Position numbers and translations under genes: made by a program. A DNA stretch of 64,000 bases from a virus, in the IMG/VR virus record IMGVR_UViG_3300032236_000463, positions 2,837 to 66,836 of that record; one strand, given 5' to 3'. Below the pieces are notes generated by a model that saw nothing but the letters and a program-made list of their open reading frames with translations, ran no database searches and had not been told where the DNA came from. Below are positions 31,078-41,000 of the stretch, piece after piece; position 1 is the first letter of the stretch; each line of letters opens with the position of its first letter.

Positions 31078-31509
31078 ATGAATAAGACTGTAAAACAAAT
31101 CAGTATGGTACTCGTAGGCTTTGTTATCGTAGTATTTCTCGTTGGAAATTTAAGTTCAGATAGCAAATCATCCAGCGCACCAGATACTGCAGTAACTACT
31201 GCTCCTCCAGTGGATACCTATGTACCACCTACTCCTAAAGAGCAGTTCCTATCTGATGTTAACTCACTTAATGACCCAATCATTGCCCAAACATCTGACT
31301 CTGAATTATGGTCTCTTGCTACCAATACTTGTAATGCTCTAGACCAAGGTAACTCAGTAACTGATTTGATTAATTACTTGGCTAATAGCGGTGCTATGAC
31401 TAACGATAACGCAAAGTCAATTGGTGAAGTAATTGGTGCTTCCGTTAAAGATGTTTGCCCATCCCACTTATCAGAACTACAGGATTATATTAACCAATAC
31501 GGTTCATAA
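31078..31509 (+). CDS. Membrane-anchored protein with DUF732-like domain
   Basis: N-terminal TM segment, Pro/Thr linker, QFL......A..TC.ALD.G......A....CP. Promoter-like TTGCGC..TGcTATGCT at 31019-31046. Confidence 0.7.
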   Translation: MNKTVKQISMVLVGFVIVVFLVGNLSSDSKSSSAPDTAVTTAPPVDTYVPPTPKEQFLSDVNSLNDPIIAQTSDSELWSLATNTCNALDQGNSVTDLINYLANSGAMTNDNAKSIGEVIGASVKDVCPSHLSELQDYINQYGS

Positions 31510-31527
31510 TCGGGTATAATTACACCT

Positions 31528-31686
31528 ATGCCCAATGCACCGAAAACACCAACTCGTACTATCAGAGTCGATGATGAACTATGGCGGACTGTCCAAGCGA
31601 AAGCCGCGTCAGAGGGAATCACTGTAACCAGTATCATAATTGATGCTCTTCTAGCCTATTTGACACCCAAGGTTGACACCGAATAG
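31528..31686 (+). CDS. Ribbon-helix-helix DNA-binding protein (52 aa), probably leaderless
   Basis: MPNAPKTPTRTIRVDDELWRTVQAKAASEGITVTSIIIDAL; TATAAT ends 7 nt before the ATG and there is no SD. Confidence 0.8.
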   Translation: MPNAPKTPTRTIRVDDELWRTVQAKAASEGITVTSIIIDALLAYLTPKVDTE

Positions 31687-31701
31687 ATTAGTGTGTAGCA
31701 T
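31673..31701 (+). promoter_or_regulatory. Sigma70-type promoter
   Basis: TTGACA-17 nt-TAGCAT; TTGACACC is duplicated immediately upstream. Confidence 0.7.
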
Positions 31702-31727
31702 CACTGCTATACATTAAGGGGGTCCAA

Positions 31728-32129
31728 ATGGACATCGAAGAACTAAAAGATTTGGTTCAACAGAACTCAATCTTAAAGGGTCGTCTAGACGAACTAACAT
31801 CACTACAATCGCAGGTCAAGAAATCCTTGAACTCGGCTGTAAATGAATTAGGTGAAGCAGATGACAAAGGTCACATCGTTGTTGAAATTAATGACGAGGT
31901 GTCAGGTATCAATAAGGTAATGCGTCAACGAAGAGTATCTAAGTCATTAGACATTCACGTTGCCGAAGAACTTCTCGCAGAGCGTGGACTTCAAGATAAA
32001 TGTATCAAGATGGTTCCAGTGCTCGATGAGGATGAAATCATGTCTGCTTACTACGAAGGCTTGATTACCGAACAGGACATTGACACAATGTTCCCTGCTA
32101 AGGTAACATGGGCGTTAGTGATGAAGTAA
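31728..32129 (+). CDS. Hypothetical coiled-coil protein
   Basis: 133-aa ORF with AAGGGGG RBS. Confidence 0.7.
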   Translation: MDIEELKDLVQQNSILKGRLDELTSLQSQVKKSLNSAVNELGEADDKGHIVVEINDEVSGINKVMRQRRVSKSLDIHVAEELLAERGLQDKCIKMVPVLDEDEIMSAYYEGLITEQDIDTMFPAKVTWALVMK

Positions 32130-32593
32130 TGAAAGATTTTATAGAAGACGCGTTCTCTGCGCTTGACGAGTTCTACCCAGGTAGTAAGCGCAAGCGTAAA
32201 GAGAAGGCTGCACCTAAAGAAGTAGCAGAGATAAAGAGTTGGGACGCACGTCCCTATTTCAAGACTATGCCTAACGGTCAAGATATGGAACTCTTTACAC
32301 TCGGCGCTTTGGCAGATGCACTAGGTCGTCCTATAATAACTGTTAGGCATTGGATTAAGGTAGGACATCTACCTACATCCCCTTATCGGCTTCCAACAAA
32401 GCCGAATAAAAATGGAGACCCACACCAGGGTCGCCGACTTTATAGTCGGGCTCAAATTGAGGCTGCTATAAAGATTTTTGATGAGGCTGGACTTTTACAC
32501 GAAGGTCGTGTAGAGTGGTCTTATCACCAGCAAGTCACAAAAGATATTGCTGAGGCGTGGGATAAACTCCGCGTAGAAGAAACTACCAACTAG
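32129..32593 (+). CDS. MerR-like HTH DNA-binding protein
   Basis: FTLGALADALGR...TVR.W...G.LP...RRLYS. Confidence 0.75.
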   Translation: MKDFIEDAFSALDEFYPGSKRKRKEKAAPKEVAEIKSWDARPYFKTMPNGQDMELFTLGALADALGRPIITVRHWIKVGHLPTSPYRLPTKPNKNGDPHQGRRLYSRAQIEAAIKIFDEAGLLHEGRVEWSYHQQVTKDIAEAWDKLRVEETTN

Positions 32594-32615
32594 TGAAAAT
32601 AAGGAAATAGAAACC

Positions 32616-33278
32616 ATGGCAATTAACCGCCCCGAATTCAAGACCCCAGATATCGAAGTTGCTTTTGAAGATGACTTTGATGTAAACGCTCGTCCAGAGC
32701 AGAGCACCAGCAATGCTGTTGGTTCTGGTTGGGATGCTGCAGAAGCACTAACCACACCTGCGGGTAACTACCCTGTAGATTTCAAGCACAGTGAAGAGAT
32801 TCAGGTAGTCAAGTTCATTGACCCTGATGGTCCTTTTGCTACCTACAAGCAACACTTCCTAAATGGCAAGCCAGGTAAGAAGTCATACGTATGCTTGGGT
32901 GACAACTGCCCACTCTGCACCGTGCTAAACCACCGTGCTGAAGAGAAGCGTGGATTCACGATTATTAACTTCAGTGTTAGCCCAGCGCAACGTCAGATTC
33001 TTACTGCGACTCCACGTCTATTTAAGCAACTGCATCAAGCGCATTTCTCCCCACAGGGACCCCTAAATAAAAACTTCTGGGCTCTAAGTAAGTCAGGTGA
33101 ACGTCAGACAACTGTCTACCACTTGAATGCAATTAAGGCACGTGACCTTGATGAAGACTGGAACATCAGCGCAACTGCAGCAGAAGCTGCTATCGGTGAG
33201 TTCGAGCCATACACACGTTCAGTTATTAAGGAAAATTCCTATGCTGAACTCGTAGAGATTGCCAACAGCCTTCTCTAA
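32616..33278 (+). CDS. Single-stranded DNA-binding protein (gp32-like)
   Basis: VKFID..PF..YKQHF, C....CPLC; directly upstream of the polymerase. Confidence 0.7.
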   Translation: MAINRPEFKTPDIEVAFEDDFDVNARPEQSTSNAVGSGWDAAEALTTPAGNYPVDFKHSEEIQVVKFIDPDGPFATYKQHFLNGKPGKKSYVCLGDNCPLCTVLNHRAEEKRGFTIINFSVSPAQRQILTATPRLFKQLHQAHFSPQGPLNKNFWALSKSGERQTTVYHLNAIKARDLDEDWNISATAAEAAIGEFEPYTRSVIKENSYAELVEIANSLL

Positions 33279-33291
33279 TACCACACAGACT

Positions 33292-33328
33292 GCCCACCTA
33301 GTAGGTTTCCCCTTCCTGCTAGGTGGGC
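33292..33328 (+). promoter_or_regulatory. 14-bp hairpin with UUUCCCCUU loop immediately upstream of the polA RBS
   Basis: GCCCACCTAGTAGG-TTTCCCCTT-CCTGCTAGGTGGGC, then TTTAGGGGA...ATG. Confidence 0.75.
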
Positions 33329-33342
33329 TTTAGGGGATTTAT

Positions 33343-35322
33343 ATGAATATTATTACTACCATTGACCAATTAAATGAAATGGTCGAACATTATTTAACTC
33401 AAGATGCTTTTGCATTTGACGTAGAAACCGTTGGTGATAACCGCGGGCTTACTCCAATAAATGAAGTGCTGTGGATTACCTTTGCTACGCATGGTCGTTG
33501 CGATGTAATTCCAATGGGTCATCCCAATGGTGACTTTATTGAAGATATCTTTCCGCTAACTGAGGCTGGAGAGAAGCGAGTTGCTGCAGGTCTTACTCCA
33601 CGTGCTAGTGACTACTCAAAAGATAAGAAAAAAGCAGACAAGATTTTTAGCACTCCTCCAGCACAGTTGTACCCAGGTGAAGTGTTTAGTGCACTACGAC
33701 CATTAATGTTTAACATGGACATACTTACTGTAGGTCATAACTTAGTATTTGATTTAACGTCTGTTGCTAAGTACTTTGATGGTGATATTCCATCTGCTCC
33801 ATACTTCGATACGATGATTGGTTCATTCATTATCGATAATAAGAACAAGAATAAGTGCGGTCTCGATGATTGTCTCAAGCGTGAGTTTGGTTATGAGATG
33901 GTCAAGGGCGTTGGTAAAGAAGTAGAGAAGTATTCATTTGATGTAGTAGCAAAATATGCTTACCTAGATGCTAAGTACACATTTTTGCTGTGGAAAAACC
34001 TAGCACCTCGTATTGAGGAAGATAATCTAAAGGTAATTATGGACCTAGAGATGAAAGTTCTAGGGGTCTTGTGCGACATCAAACTAACTGGTTCACCTAT
34101 TGACGTAGAAGAATTAGATAGGCTAGATGCTCAGTTACGGTTGGATATCGAAACAGCTCGAGCTGATATCTTTAGAATTGCACAGAAGCCTTTCAATATT
34201 AATTCTAATAAAGAAAAGCAGTTCATACTTTACGGACCAAAGTCCGAAGGTGGTCGTGGGCTTAAACCTAAATTACTAACTACTGCTGGTCAGAAGAAGT
34301 CTGATGAAGGTAAAGAGATTACCTATGAAGACTACTCTGTAGCCGCTGATGCCCTAGAGCATTACCGAAATGTAGACCCACTAGTAGAAGCCCTACTGAC
34401 ATACGCAGACCTTAATAAATTAAGTACTACATACGTAGTTCCCTACAAAGGTGGGGAAGTAGTTCGTACCACAGGAGGTAAAGAGAGACGTGAACAAAAA
34501 GATAGCCTGCTTATTAGTGGGCGCATCCATTGTGACTTCGTACAACATGGGGCAGAAACAGGGCGGTTCTCCAGCCGTAACCCAAATCTCCAAAACGTAC
34601 CTGCCCCACATACACCACATGGAAAAGCAATTAGAAACCTCTTTTACGCACCAGAAGGATACAAGCTTGTGGTTGCAGACTATTCGCAAATTGAGCCAAG
34701 GATTATTGCGTCTATGTCAGAAGACCCGATTATGATGGATAACTACCTTAACGGTAGGGATATCTATACAACTGTTGGTGAGACTATGGGAGTAGATAGG
34801 CGCGCTGGTAAGACATTGGTTCTTGCTATGGCTTATGGTGTTGGTCCTAATAAGATTGCTGCAGATATAGGCTGTAGTGTTACCGAGGCTCGTACGTTGC
34901 TTGATGACTTCTCTGAGAAGTTCTCCTCAGTTAGTTCTTACCGAGCAAGGGTGCTGGGAGCAACTAAAAAGAAAACACCTAACTACGTTGCTACTATTCT
35001 AGGTCGCCGTAGGTACCTTCCAGAGATTACATCAAAGGACCAGTTCACACGAGCACAGGCAGAACGTCAGGCATTTAATACTCGTATTCAAGGCTCAGCC
35101 GCGGATATTATTAAACTTGCTATGGTTCGAGCACATGAGAATCTTCCAACTGGGGCTAAATTAATCCTTACAGTACATGACGAGTTGGTAACTTTGACTC
35201 CAGATGATAAGGTAGATGAAACAGTGGATGTAATTAGAGAGGCTATGGAGGGTATAGACTTGTTAAGCATACCTTTGGTAGCAGATATTAAAGTAGTACA
35301 ACGATGGGGTGAAGCCAAGTGA
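33343..35322 (+). CDS. polA: Family A DNA polymerase (3'-5' exonuclease + polymerase)
   Basis: FDVET, GHNLVFD, TGRFSS.NPNLQN, ADYSQIEPR, K...L...YG, IQGSAADIIK, VHDEL. Confidence 0.96.
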   Translation: MNIITTIDQLNEMVEHYLTQDAFAFDVETVGDNRGLTPINEVLWITFATHGRCDVIPMGHPNGDFIEDIFPLTEAGEKRVAAGLTPRASDYSKDKKKADKIFSTPPAQLYPGEVFSALRPLMFNMDILTVGHNLVFDLTSVAKYFDGDIPSAPYFDTMIGSFIIDNKNKNKCGLDDCLKREFGYEMVKGVGKEVEKYSFDVVAKYAYLDAKYTFLLWKNLAPRIEEDNLKVIMDLEMKVLGVLCDIKLTGSPIDVEELDRLDAQLRLDIETARADIFRIAQKPFNINSNKEKQFILYGPKSEGGRGLKPKLLTTAGQKKSDEGKEITYEDYSVAADALEHYRNVDPLVEALLTYADLNKLSTTYVVPYKGGEVVRTTGGKERREQKDSLLISGRIHCDFVQHGAETGRFSSRNPNLQNVPAPHTPHGKAIRNLFYAPEGYKLVVADYSQIEPRIIASMSEDPIMMDNYLNGRDIYTTVGETMGVDRRAGKTLVLAMAYGVGPNKIAADIGCSVTEARTLLDDFSEKFSSVSSYRARVLGATKKKTPNYVATILGRRRYLPEITSKDQFTRAQAERQAFNTRIQGSAADIIKLAMVRAHENLPTGAKLILTVHDELVTLTPDDKVDETVDVIREAMEGIDLLSIPLVADIKVVQRWGEAK

Positions 35323-35789
35323 ATTGGAAGTTTTGGAAAAATAAAGAGAACAATGAACTTAATAGTATTGTGGTTGATTCAGAAGTACTACCACTAAGTA
35401 CTTTGTTTCGTTGGTTCTGCTATGACACAGGTGTCACCAATACTAATGAGTTTGCGGAAGCCTTTGGGTTAAACCCTATTAGCCAAGAGGGTGAGGACAT
35501 GGAGCTTGACGAGTCTGCAGACAGGCTAGAGAAGGTAATCCCATATCTATCATTCTTAAATGTTATGTCAGATATCAATGCTATGATTCTGGTAAAGACA
35601 ATGGCTGATGTGCTTCTTAAAAAAGGTCTTGTAGATGAAAATGCTTTAAAGGAGTCTCAGGAAGACCTACTAGATGTATATACAACCATAACTCTTGGTG
35701 CTCTTGTTGGTAGTTTCTCTTCTGCACTAGCATTAGGTATAGTAGTTAATCCAGGAAGTTTTACATCGGAGGTTGATGATGAGTTCTAA
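35319..35789 (+). CDS. Hypothetical protein
   Basis: 156-aa ORF coupled to polA. Confidence 0.6.
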   Translation: MNWKFWKNKENNELNSIVVDSEVLPLSTLFRWFCYDTGVTNTNEFAEAFGLNPISQEGEDMELDESADRLEKVIPYLSFLNVMSDINAMILVKTMADVLLKKGLVDENALKESQEDLLDVYTTITLGALVGSFSSALALGIVVNPGSFTSEVDDEF

Positions 35790-36153
35790 TAATTGGTGGG
35801 CAAGCAAGATGGGTACCACAACCCCAGTACCGTCACGACCAGAACCAATTCCTACATCTCCTGTACCTACACCATATAACCCTACCCCACAGGTGCCCCA
35901 GGAAGCCCCCAGAATGCCTCAGAGCGCCGTAAATGCCTCTAGGTGTCCTGGATGTGGTAGTGGAAACTACGGCTCTACAGACCCTTCTGCAAAGGCTCGT
36001 TGTTATGACTGTGGGTACCCAGTTGTACAGTCAGGTAGTGGTATGGGTAAGGGAATCTCTGGCGGACAGGGTTCTGGACCCGCTCAACCAGCACGTCAAA
36101 TTAATACTGCAAATAACTTTAACCCTCAAACTATTATCGGAAAGATTGAATAA
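35773..36153 (+). CDS. Pro-rich zinc-ribbon protein
   Basis: CPGCGS...CYDCGYP; exact start uncertain. Confidence 0.65.
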   Translation: MMMSSNNWWASKMGTTTPVPSRPEPIPTSPVPTPYNPTPQVPQEAPRMPQSAVNASRCPGCGSGNYGSTDPSAKARCYDCGYPVVQSGSGMGKGISGGQGSGPAQPARQINTANNFNPQTIIGKIE

Positions 36154-37205
36154 TGAATGGTGAACTACTAAAGGTAATCGCAAAACTAAATAAGAAGTTT
36201 GGCGTGGATACTATTGTTCGTGGAGAGGATATCAGGGACGATACTATTGGTCGTATGACTACTGGTTCACTAGCACTAGATGTAATCCTAGGTGGTGGGT
36301 TTCCTACCAACCAGTGGCATGAGATTGTAGGCGAAGCTTCAAATGGTAAGACTGCTGTGGCACTAAAAACTGTAGCAGCAAACCAACAACGCGACCCAGA
36401 GTTCATAACTGTGTGGGTTGCTGCGGAGCAGTGGGTTCCTTCGTATGCAGAGATGTGTGGAGTGGACCTTTCGCGGGTTTATGTGATTTCTACCAATATT
36501 ATGGAAGAAGCATACGAAGCAGTAATTGAATTGGTAGGCACTAAAGAGGTTGACTGTGTTGTTATTGACTCGTTACCCGCGCTAGTGCCTATGGCTGAGG
36601 ACGAGAAGAATATGGATGAGGCTACTGTTGGTCGTGGTGCCTTGCTTACTGGGAAGTTTTTTCGCAAGGTTGGCAAAGCATCCAAGCGGTCCCTTACAGA
36701 ATCTGAGCGTCCTTTCATAGGCATTGTTATCAATCAGTACCGCATGAAGATTGGTGTCATGTATGGTGACCCACGTACTACTCCAGGAGGGGAGGCTAAG
36801 AACTATGCATTCTTTACTAGAATTGAAGTTAAAAGAGATGATTGGTTAGAGGTAGGGACTGGTCAAGAGAAGAAGCGTGTTGGGCAGACAATTAAAATTC
36901 GTACCTTAAAGAACAAGTCAGCCCCACCTTCACAAGTAGCATACCTAGACTTCTATTTTGATAACGGAAATTGTTTTGCAGGTGATTATGATTTCGCTAA
37001 AGAAATTGTCGCACTCGGCATTATTAATAAAGTAATTACCAGAGCAGGTGCCTATTACAGTTACAAAGAACAAAAATGGCAAGGCGCTGAGTCTGTAGTA
37101 AATGCTATCCGAGAAGATATTGACCTTAAGGATGCATTAGATAAAGATGTTCGTGACGCTGTTCGTGCAGCCTCTAAGTATGTTCAGGAAACTAATGAAG
37201 TCTGA
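36153..37205 (+). CDS. recA: RecA-like recombinase
   Basis: TGSLALD.ILGGG.P, GEASNGKT, VIDSL.AL.P, INQ.R.KIGVMYGDP.TTPGG, KNK.APP. Confidence 0.96.
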   Translation: MNGELLKVIAKLNKKFGVDTIVRGEDIRDDTIGRMTTGSLALDVILGGGFPTNQWHEIVGEASNGKTAVALKTVAANQQRDPEFITVWVAAEQWVPSYAEMCGVDLSRVYVISTNIMEEAYEAVIELVGTKEVDCVVIDSLPALVPMAEDEKNMDEATVGRGALLTGKFFRKVGKASKRSLTESERPFIGIVINQYRMKIGVMYGDPRTTPGGEAKNYAFFTRIEVKRDDWLEVGTGQEKKRVGQTIKIRTLKNKSAPPSQVAYLDFYFDNGNCFAGDYDFAKEIVALGIINKVITRAGAYYSYKEQKWQGAESVVNAIREDIDLKDALDKDVRDAVRAASKYVQETNEV

Positions 37206-37527
37206 GGGTCAGAAGCAGTCTAAGAAGCACGAGAATAGGCTGGCTAAGGTAGTTGGTGGAGGAACAGTTGCTGCCTCTGGAGCCTTCTGGAGCCGTAAAG
37301 GTGACGTTAGGTCTAGCGACTTACTTATTGAGCATAAGTGGACAGGAAAGAAACAGGTAACCGTTAAGTCTGATGTTCTTGAAAAGATTGTTAAGGAAGC
37401 AATCCTTGATGGTCGTATGCCTGTTTTAGGGTTCCATCTAAATAACGAAAATTATATAATGCTAGATGAAAATGATTTTCTAGAGATGCGTCAGAAGATT
37501 CAGGAGTGCAGGTGCGCGACCCATTAG
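37195..37527 (+). CDS. PD-(D/E)XK Holliday junction resolvase-like nuclease
   Basis: HE..LA....G....SGA....KGDV......IEHK. Confidence 0.75.
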   Translation: MKSEGQKQSKKHENRLAKVVGGGTVAASGAFWSRKGDVRSSDLLIEHKWTGKKQVTVKSDVLEKIVKEAILDGRMPVLGFHLNNENYIMLDENDFLEMRQKIQECRCATH

Positions 37528-37823
37528 ACATAGAAAGCTGGCGTGCAGACGCTAAGTGTATGGGCATGGATACAGAACTATGGTATCCTCCTAGAGACAA
37601 AGATAAGTATAAGCCTATTGCAGAAGTATCAAAAGGTGTATGCTTTGGACGAGATGGTAAACCTGAGTGCCCAGTACGACTTGAGTGCTTACTATACGCA
37701 GAAAGTATAAATGAAGTGTATGGTATCTGGGGTGGTCTATCTCACAGAGAAAGAAACGCTTTACGAAGAAAAGCAGAGCGTAACAATAAAACGTTAGAAC
37801 AATGGGTCACAGAAAATCAATAA
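37512..37823 (+). CDS. whiB: WhiB-family Fe-S transcription factor
   Basis: W...A.C....E.WYP; four Cys; CPVR.ECL.YA; YGIWGGLS.RER. Confidence 0.93.
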   Translation: MRDPLDIESWRADAKCMGMDTELWYPPRDKDKYKPIAEVSKGVCFGRDGKPECPVRLECLLYAESINEVYGIWGGLSHRERNALRRKAERNNKTLEQWVTENQ

Positions 37824-37832
37824 GGAGAACTA

Positions 37833-38135
37833 ATGAGTGACAAAGAATATACACCGTTTAAGTGTCCAGACTGTAAGGTTTGGTGGAGAGGTGAGACTCA
37901 CAAGTGCGAACCTCCTAGAGTAGCTGTTACAGTAAAGCCTGGCGTTACAGTCGAGGATACAGGCGGAGGTTTTGTTATTAAACCTACTCCGTATACTCCT
38001 TACGTCAAACCTGCAAAATGTAAAATTTGTAATGTTCCATTAGAGAACGCAAAAGCTATGTTTTGCTTTAAACATAAAAACAAGAAATGGGATAAGGGGC
38101 ATGGACATGGTTACAACGAAAAAACCCCATGGTAA
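37833..38135 (+). CDS. Small zinc-binding hypothetical protein
   Basis: CPDC...HKC and CKIC...C..H; AAGGAG RBS. Confidence 0.65.
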   Translation: MSDKEYTPFKCPDCKVWWRGETHKCEPPRVAVTVKPGVTVEDTGGGFVIKPTPYTPYVKPAKCKICNVPLENAKAMFCFKHKNKKWDKGHGHGYNEKTPW

Positions 38136-38982
38136 TCTTAAGAAATTGGTAGACGCAGGTAAGATAGAAACTCGCGTAGTAGGTACGGTAGAGCGTTACC
38201 TATTGTCTAGACCAGCAGATACATCACGTGCTACTAATGTGATTCACCCATCTGCTATGGTCAAGTCTGACTGGTGCCACCGAGCAGAGTACTACACTCT
38301 GCAAGGTGCAACACCTGCCCCATCGAAGTACAAGGCTTCAATGAAGCAACTACTTACCTTTGAAGAGGGTCACCGTATCCACTCCCGTTGGCAAAACTGG
38401 TTTGGTGACATGGGTAAATTACACGGTAAATGGTCTTGCAATGATTGCAGGTCTTCTTTCTGGGATACAAGCCCAGAGGTTCCATGTACATCTTGTGGTA
38501 GTTCTTTAGGGTTTTCATACAAAGAAGTTCCTGTTTATAGCAAAGAGCACGGTATTTCTGGTCATGCTGACGGTTGGTTAAAAGGCTTTGGTGATGACCT
38601 GCTACTTGAGATTAAGTCTGTAGGCGAGGGTACTATTCGTTGGGAAGACCCACACTTCTTACGTGAGCATGGCAATGATTTTAAGAAAGCTTGGGCTGCA
38701 TTACGCCAACCTTTTACAGTTCATATTGCTCAGGCACAGGTGTACATGAAACTCCTTGAGATTATGGACCCAGTAAATCATCCTAAAGAAGCAATCTTTA
38801 TCTACGAGTCTAAGGTAGACCAGTTAGTAAAAGAGTTTGTGGTTCCTAAGAGCGACTTTGGTATTGCCAATTTGTTTGAGGACGCAAAGAACATTATGAT
38901 TGCCATAGAAAAAAAAGAACCACCAAGGTGTAATGTAAATCCTGGTAGTTCCTGCTACAAGTGCGAGGTTTATAATGATTAA
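38101..38982 (+). CDS. Cas4/RecB-like PD-(D/E)XK exonuclease
   Basis: HPS....WCHR, G..IH, GHADG, LEIKS, Q.Q.YM, C-terminal C..C..C. Confidence 0.85.
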   Translation: MDMVTTKKPHGNLKKLVDAGKIETRVVGTVERYLLSRPADTSRATNVIHPSAMVKSDWCHRAEYYTLQGATPAPSKYKASMKQLLTFEEGHRIHSRWQNWFGDMGKLHGKWSCNDCRSSFWDTSPEVPCTSCGSSLGFSYKEVPVYSKEHGISGHADGWLKGFGDDLLLEIKSVGEGTIRWEDPHFLREHGNDFKKAWAALRQPFTVHIAQAQVYMKLLEIMDPVNHPKEAIFIYESKVDQLVKEFVVPKSDFGIANLFEDAKNIMIAIEKKEPPRCNVNPGSSCYKCEVYND

Positions 38983-39463
38983 GATGAATGTTGGAGTAAG
39001 CGGTGGTCTTACATTGAGCACCCTACATACTCAGGGATTTGAAATCGAGCAAGAGTTTCATGGAATCATCCCACAGATGCCTAATGACATTACAGATTTA
39101 GATGACTTAGGTGTTATGCGTTTATGGCAGGAGTACATTGCTTACTCAGAGTTCATTTTGGCACAGGTTACTGTTGCTGAAATGGATGAGCAAGCGGCTA
39201 AGAAAAAGCTAGACTTAATTGAAGCTCGCTACAGTGCTAAGCATACTCAGCCAAAGATGACTGTATCTGCTATTAAGGCTTTGGTAATGGCTGAGGAAGA
39301 AGTCATTGATGCTGACTATGATTATGCTGTGGCGCATAACTACCGTAAGGGTATGGATATGATGTACACCAATGTAACTGGTCAGTGTAACTTTATTAGC
39401 CGTGAATTAACACGCCGTACATCAGGTAGTTTTAGCAGTCGTGCAGGTAAGTTTACGACCTGA
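38975..39463 (+). CDS. Helical protein, UvsY-like recombination mediator candidate
   Basis: All-helical pattern ending ISRELTRR; recombination-gene context. Confidence 0.45.
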   Translation: MIKMNVGVSGGLTLSTLHTQGFEIEQEFHGIIPQMPNDITDLDDLGVMRLWQEYIAYSEFILAQVTVAEMDEQAAKKKLDLIEARYSAKHTQPKMTVSAIKALVMAEEEVIDADYDYAVAHNYRKGMDMMYTNVTGQCNFISRELTRRTSGSFSSRAGKFTT

Positions 39464-39536
39464 TGTGTGATGTTAGTATTGATATGGAAAAGCTAAAGGA
39501 AGCTTTGGCTAAAAAACAATTGGATAACGAGAAGTA

Positions 39537-40398
39537 ATGCCTAAGAAATTAACGCGTGAAGAGTTACTAACTCAATACGGTCCTCAAAAGCGTAAGCGTA
39601 AGGAGCAACTTCCTACTTACCTAGAGGTACAAACCCGTCATCTAGAGCGTCACGCAGAGGAAAACGGAAACTGCATTATGTGTGTAGAGACTGTAGATGG
39701 GGTTGAACAACCGCAGAAGTATCCTTGTGCATCTTTAAAGAGAGTAGGATTAGGATGAACAAAGTAATTTTTATCAGTTTATTGTTATTATGGATAGGAC
39801 AAGCTAGGAGAGGCGCATGAACATCACTGAGATTCTATTAGGATTCTTTTTAGTATCAACAGCCAGTGTGATGTTGTTGAGCACCGTGGTAATGCTTAGT
39901 TTAATGTGGGAAGACCTGAAAGATGTCAAGAGCAGGAAAAAGAAATGATTAAAAAACACCCATACCGCACAGCGGTAAAGCACATTCGTGAATTACACCA
40001 CGCAGAAAAACTTGGTACACACGCTCCAATTACATGTGCAGTGTGCCATATTCCATATCCATGCAAGACCATCCAGTTAATTGATGATGACCTGTATGAA
40101 GATGGCGATAATGCTTAAAGAGTCTGACTGGAAACTTGATGAGTGTGCCCTCCAGTCTTACTTAGATGAAACTTTAATCCGAGACTTTGTATTTGTTAGC
40201 AGAGACTTAATCCACGAGACTGAGTGCGAGAGTAAGTGTAGCTGCCTGCCTAAAGCTTTTACTAAGTTGGCGGGGTTTTTATGGAAATGCTACAGCAACG
40301 GAGTTCTTCCAGAACACATTACAGACGCAGTGGTTAAGTTGATGGATAAAAAACGTGGACAACTAACCGAAACATTAGCAGGGAAACTAGATGCCTAA
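39537..40398 (+). other. Cluster of small hypothetical ORFs (39537-39758, ~39945-40118, ~40111-40398 and shorter ones)
   Basis: Short coupled ORFs; two share an H...C..C...YPC motif. Confidence 0.55.
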
Positions 40399-40939
40399 GC
40401 CAAAAATTTGGGGGAACCCAAATCTCAAAGGAGCAGTAGCCATAGGCATTGACCAGTCTTATTCTGGTTTTGCCTTAACTGCTATTGACGATAAAGATAA
40501 CTACTACACAGAGGTCTGGAAACTAGAAGGTAATGGTGTAGAGCGATTGGTATACGCCGAGTCTCTTATTTATGATTTTTCATCCAAGTTTAACGTCAAA
40601 GCAATTGCTATGGAAGGTTACGCTTTTGGTAGTCAAATGGCTAACATGTTGGGGGAACTGGGTGGAACCGTAAAGCTTGCTTTATTTCAATACTTTAATA
40701 AGCCAGAGTGTGCGTACCCACTTGTAGTACCGCCTACTAGTCTTAAGAAATATATCACAGGTAAAGGTACTGGGGTCAAGAAGAATCAGGTACTCCTTGC
40801 TGTATACAAGAAGTGGGACGTAGAGTTCACAGATGATAACGCCGCTGATTCGTATGGTCTAGCCCGCCTTGTACGAAACAAGCACGACTTTGAGTACGAA
40901 AAAGAAGTATACGATAAATTGACTTCGCCAGGAAAATAA
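40391..40939 (+). CDS. RuvC-like Holliday junction resolvase
   Basis: IGIDQS, AMEGYAF, ELGG.VK, P.SLKKY.TG.G...K, DDN.AD. Confidence 0.88.
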   Translation: MPKPKIWGNPNLKGAVAIGIDQSYSGFALTAIDDKDNYYTEVWKLEGNGVERLVYAESLIYDFSSKFNVKAIAMEGYAFGSQMANMLGELGGTVKLALFQYFNKPECAYPLVVPPTSLKKYITGKGTGVKKNQVLLAVYKKWDVEFTDDNAADSYGLARLVRNKHDFEYEKEVYDKLTSPGK

Positions 40940-41000
40940 GGGATTTTTACCTCATAATTGATATAGAAGTAAAATACTCTACTACTATACGAGGTATAAA

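Noticed and set aside
38101-38982. Cas4-like gene as evidence of CRISPR-Cas
   Set aside because: No repeat-spacer array or other cas genes are seen; solo Cas4-like nucleases are common in phage recombination modules.
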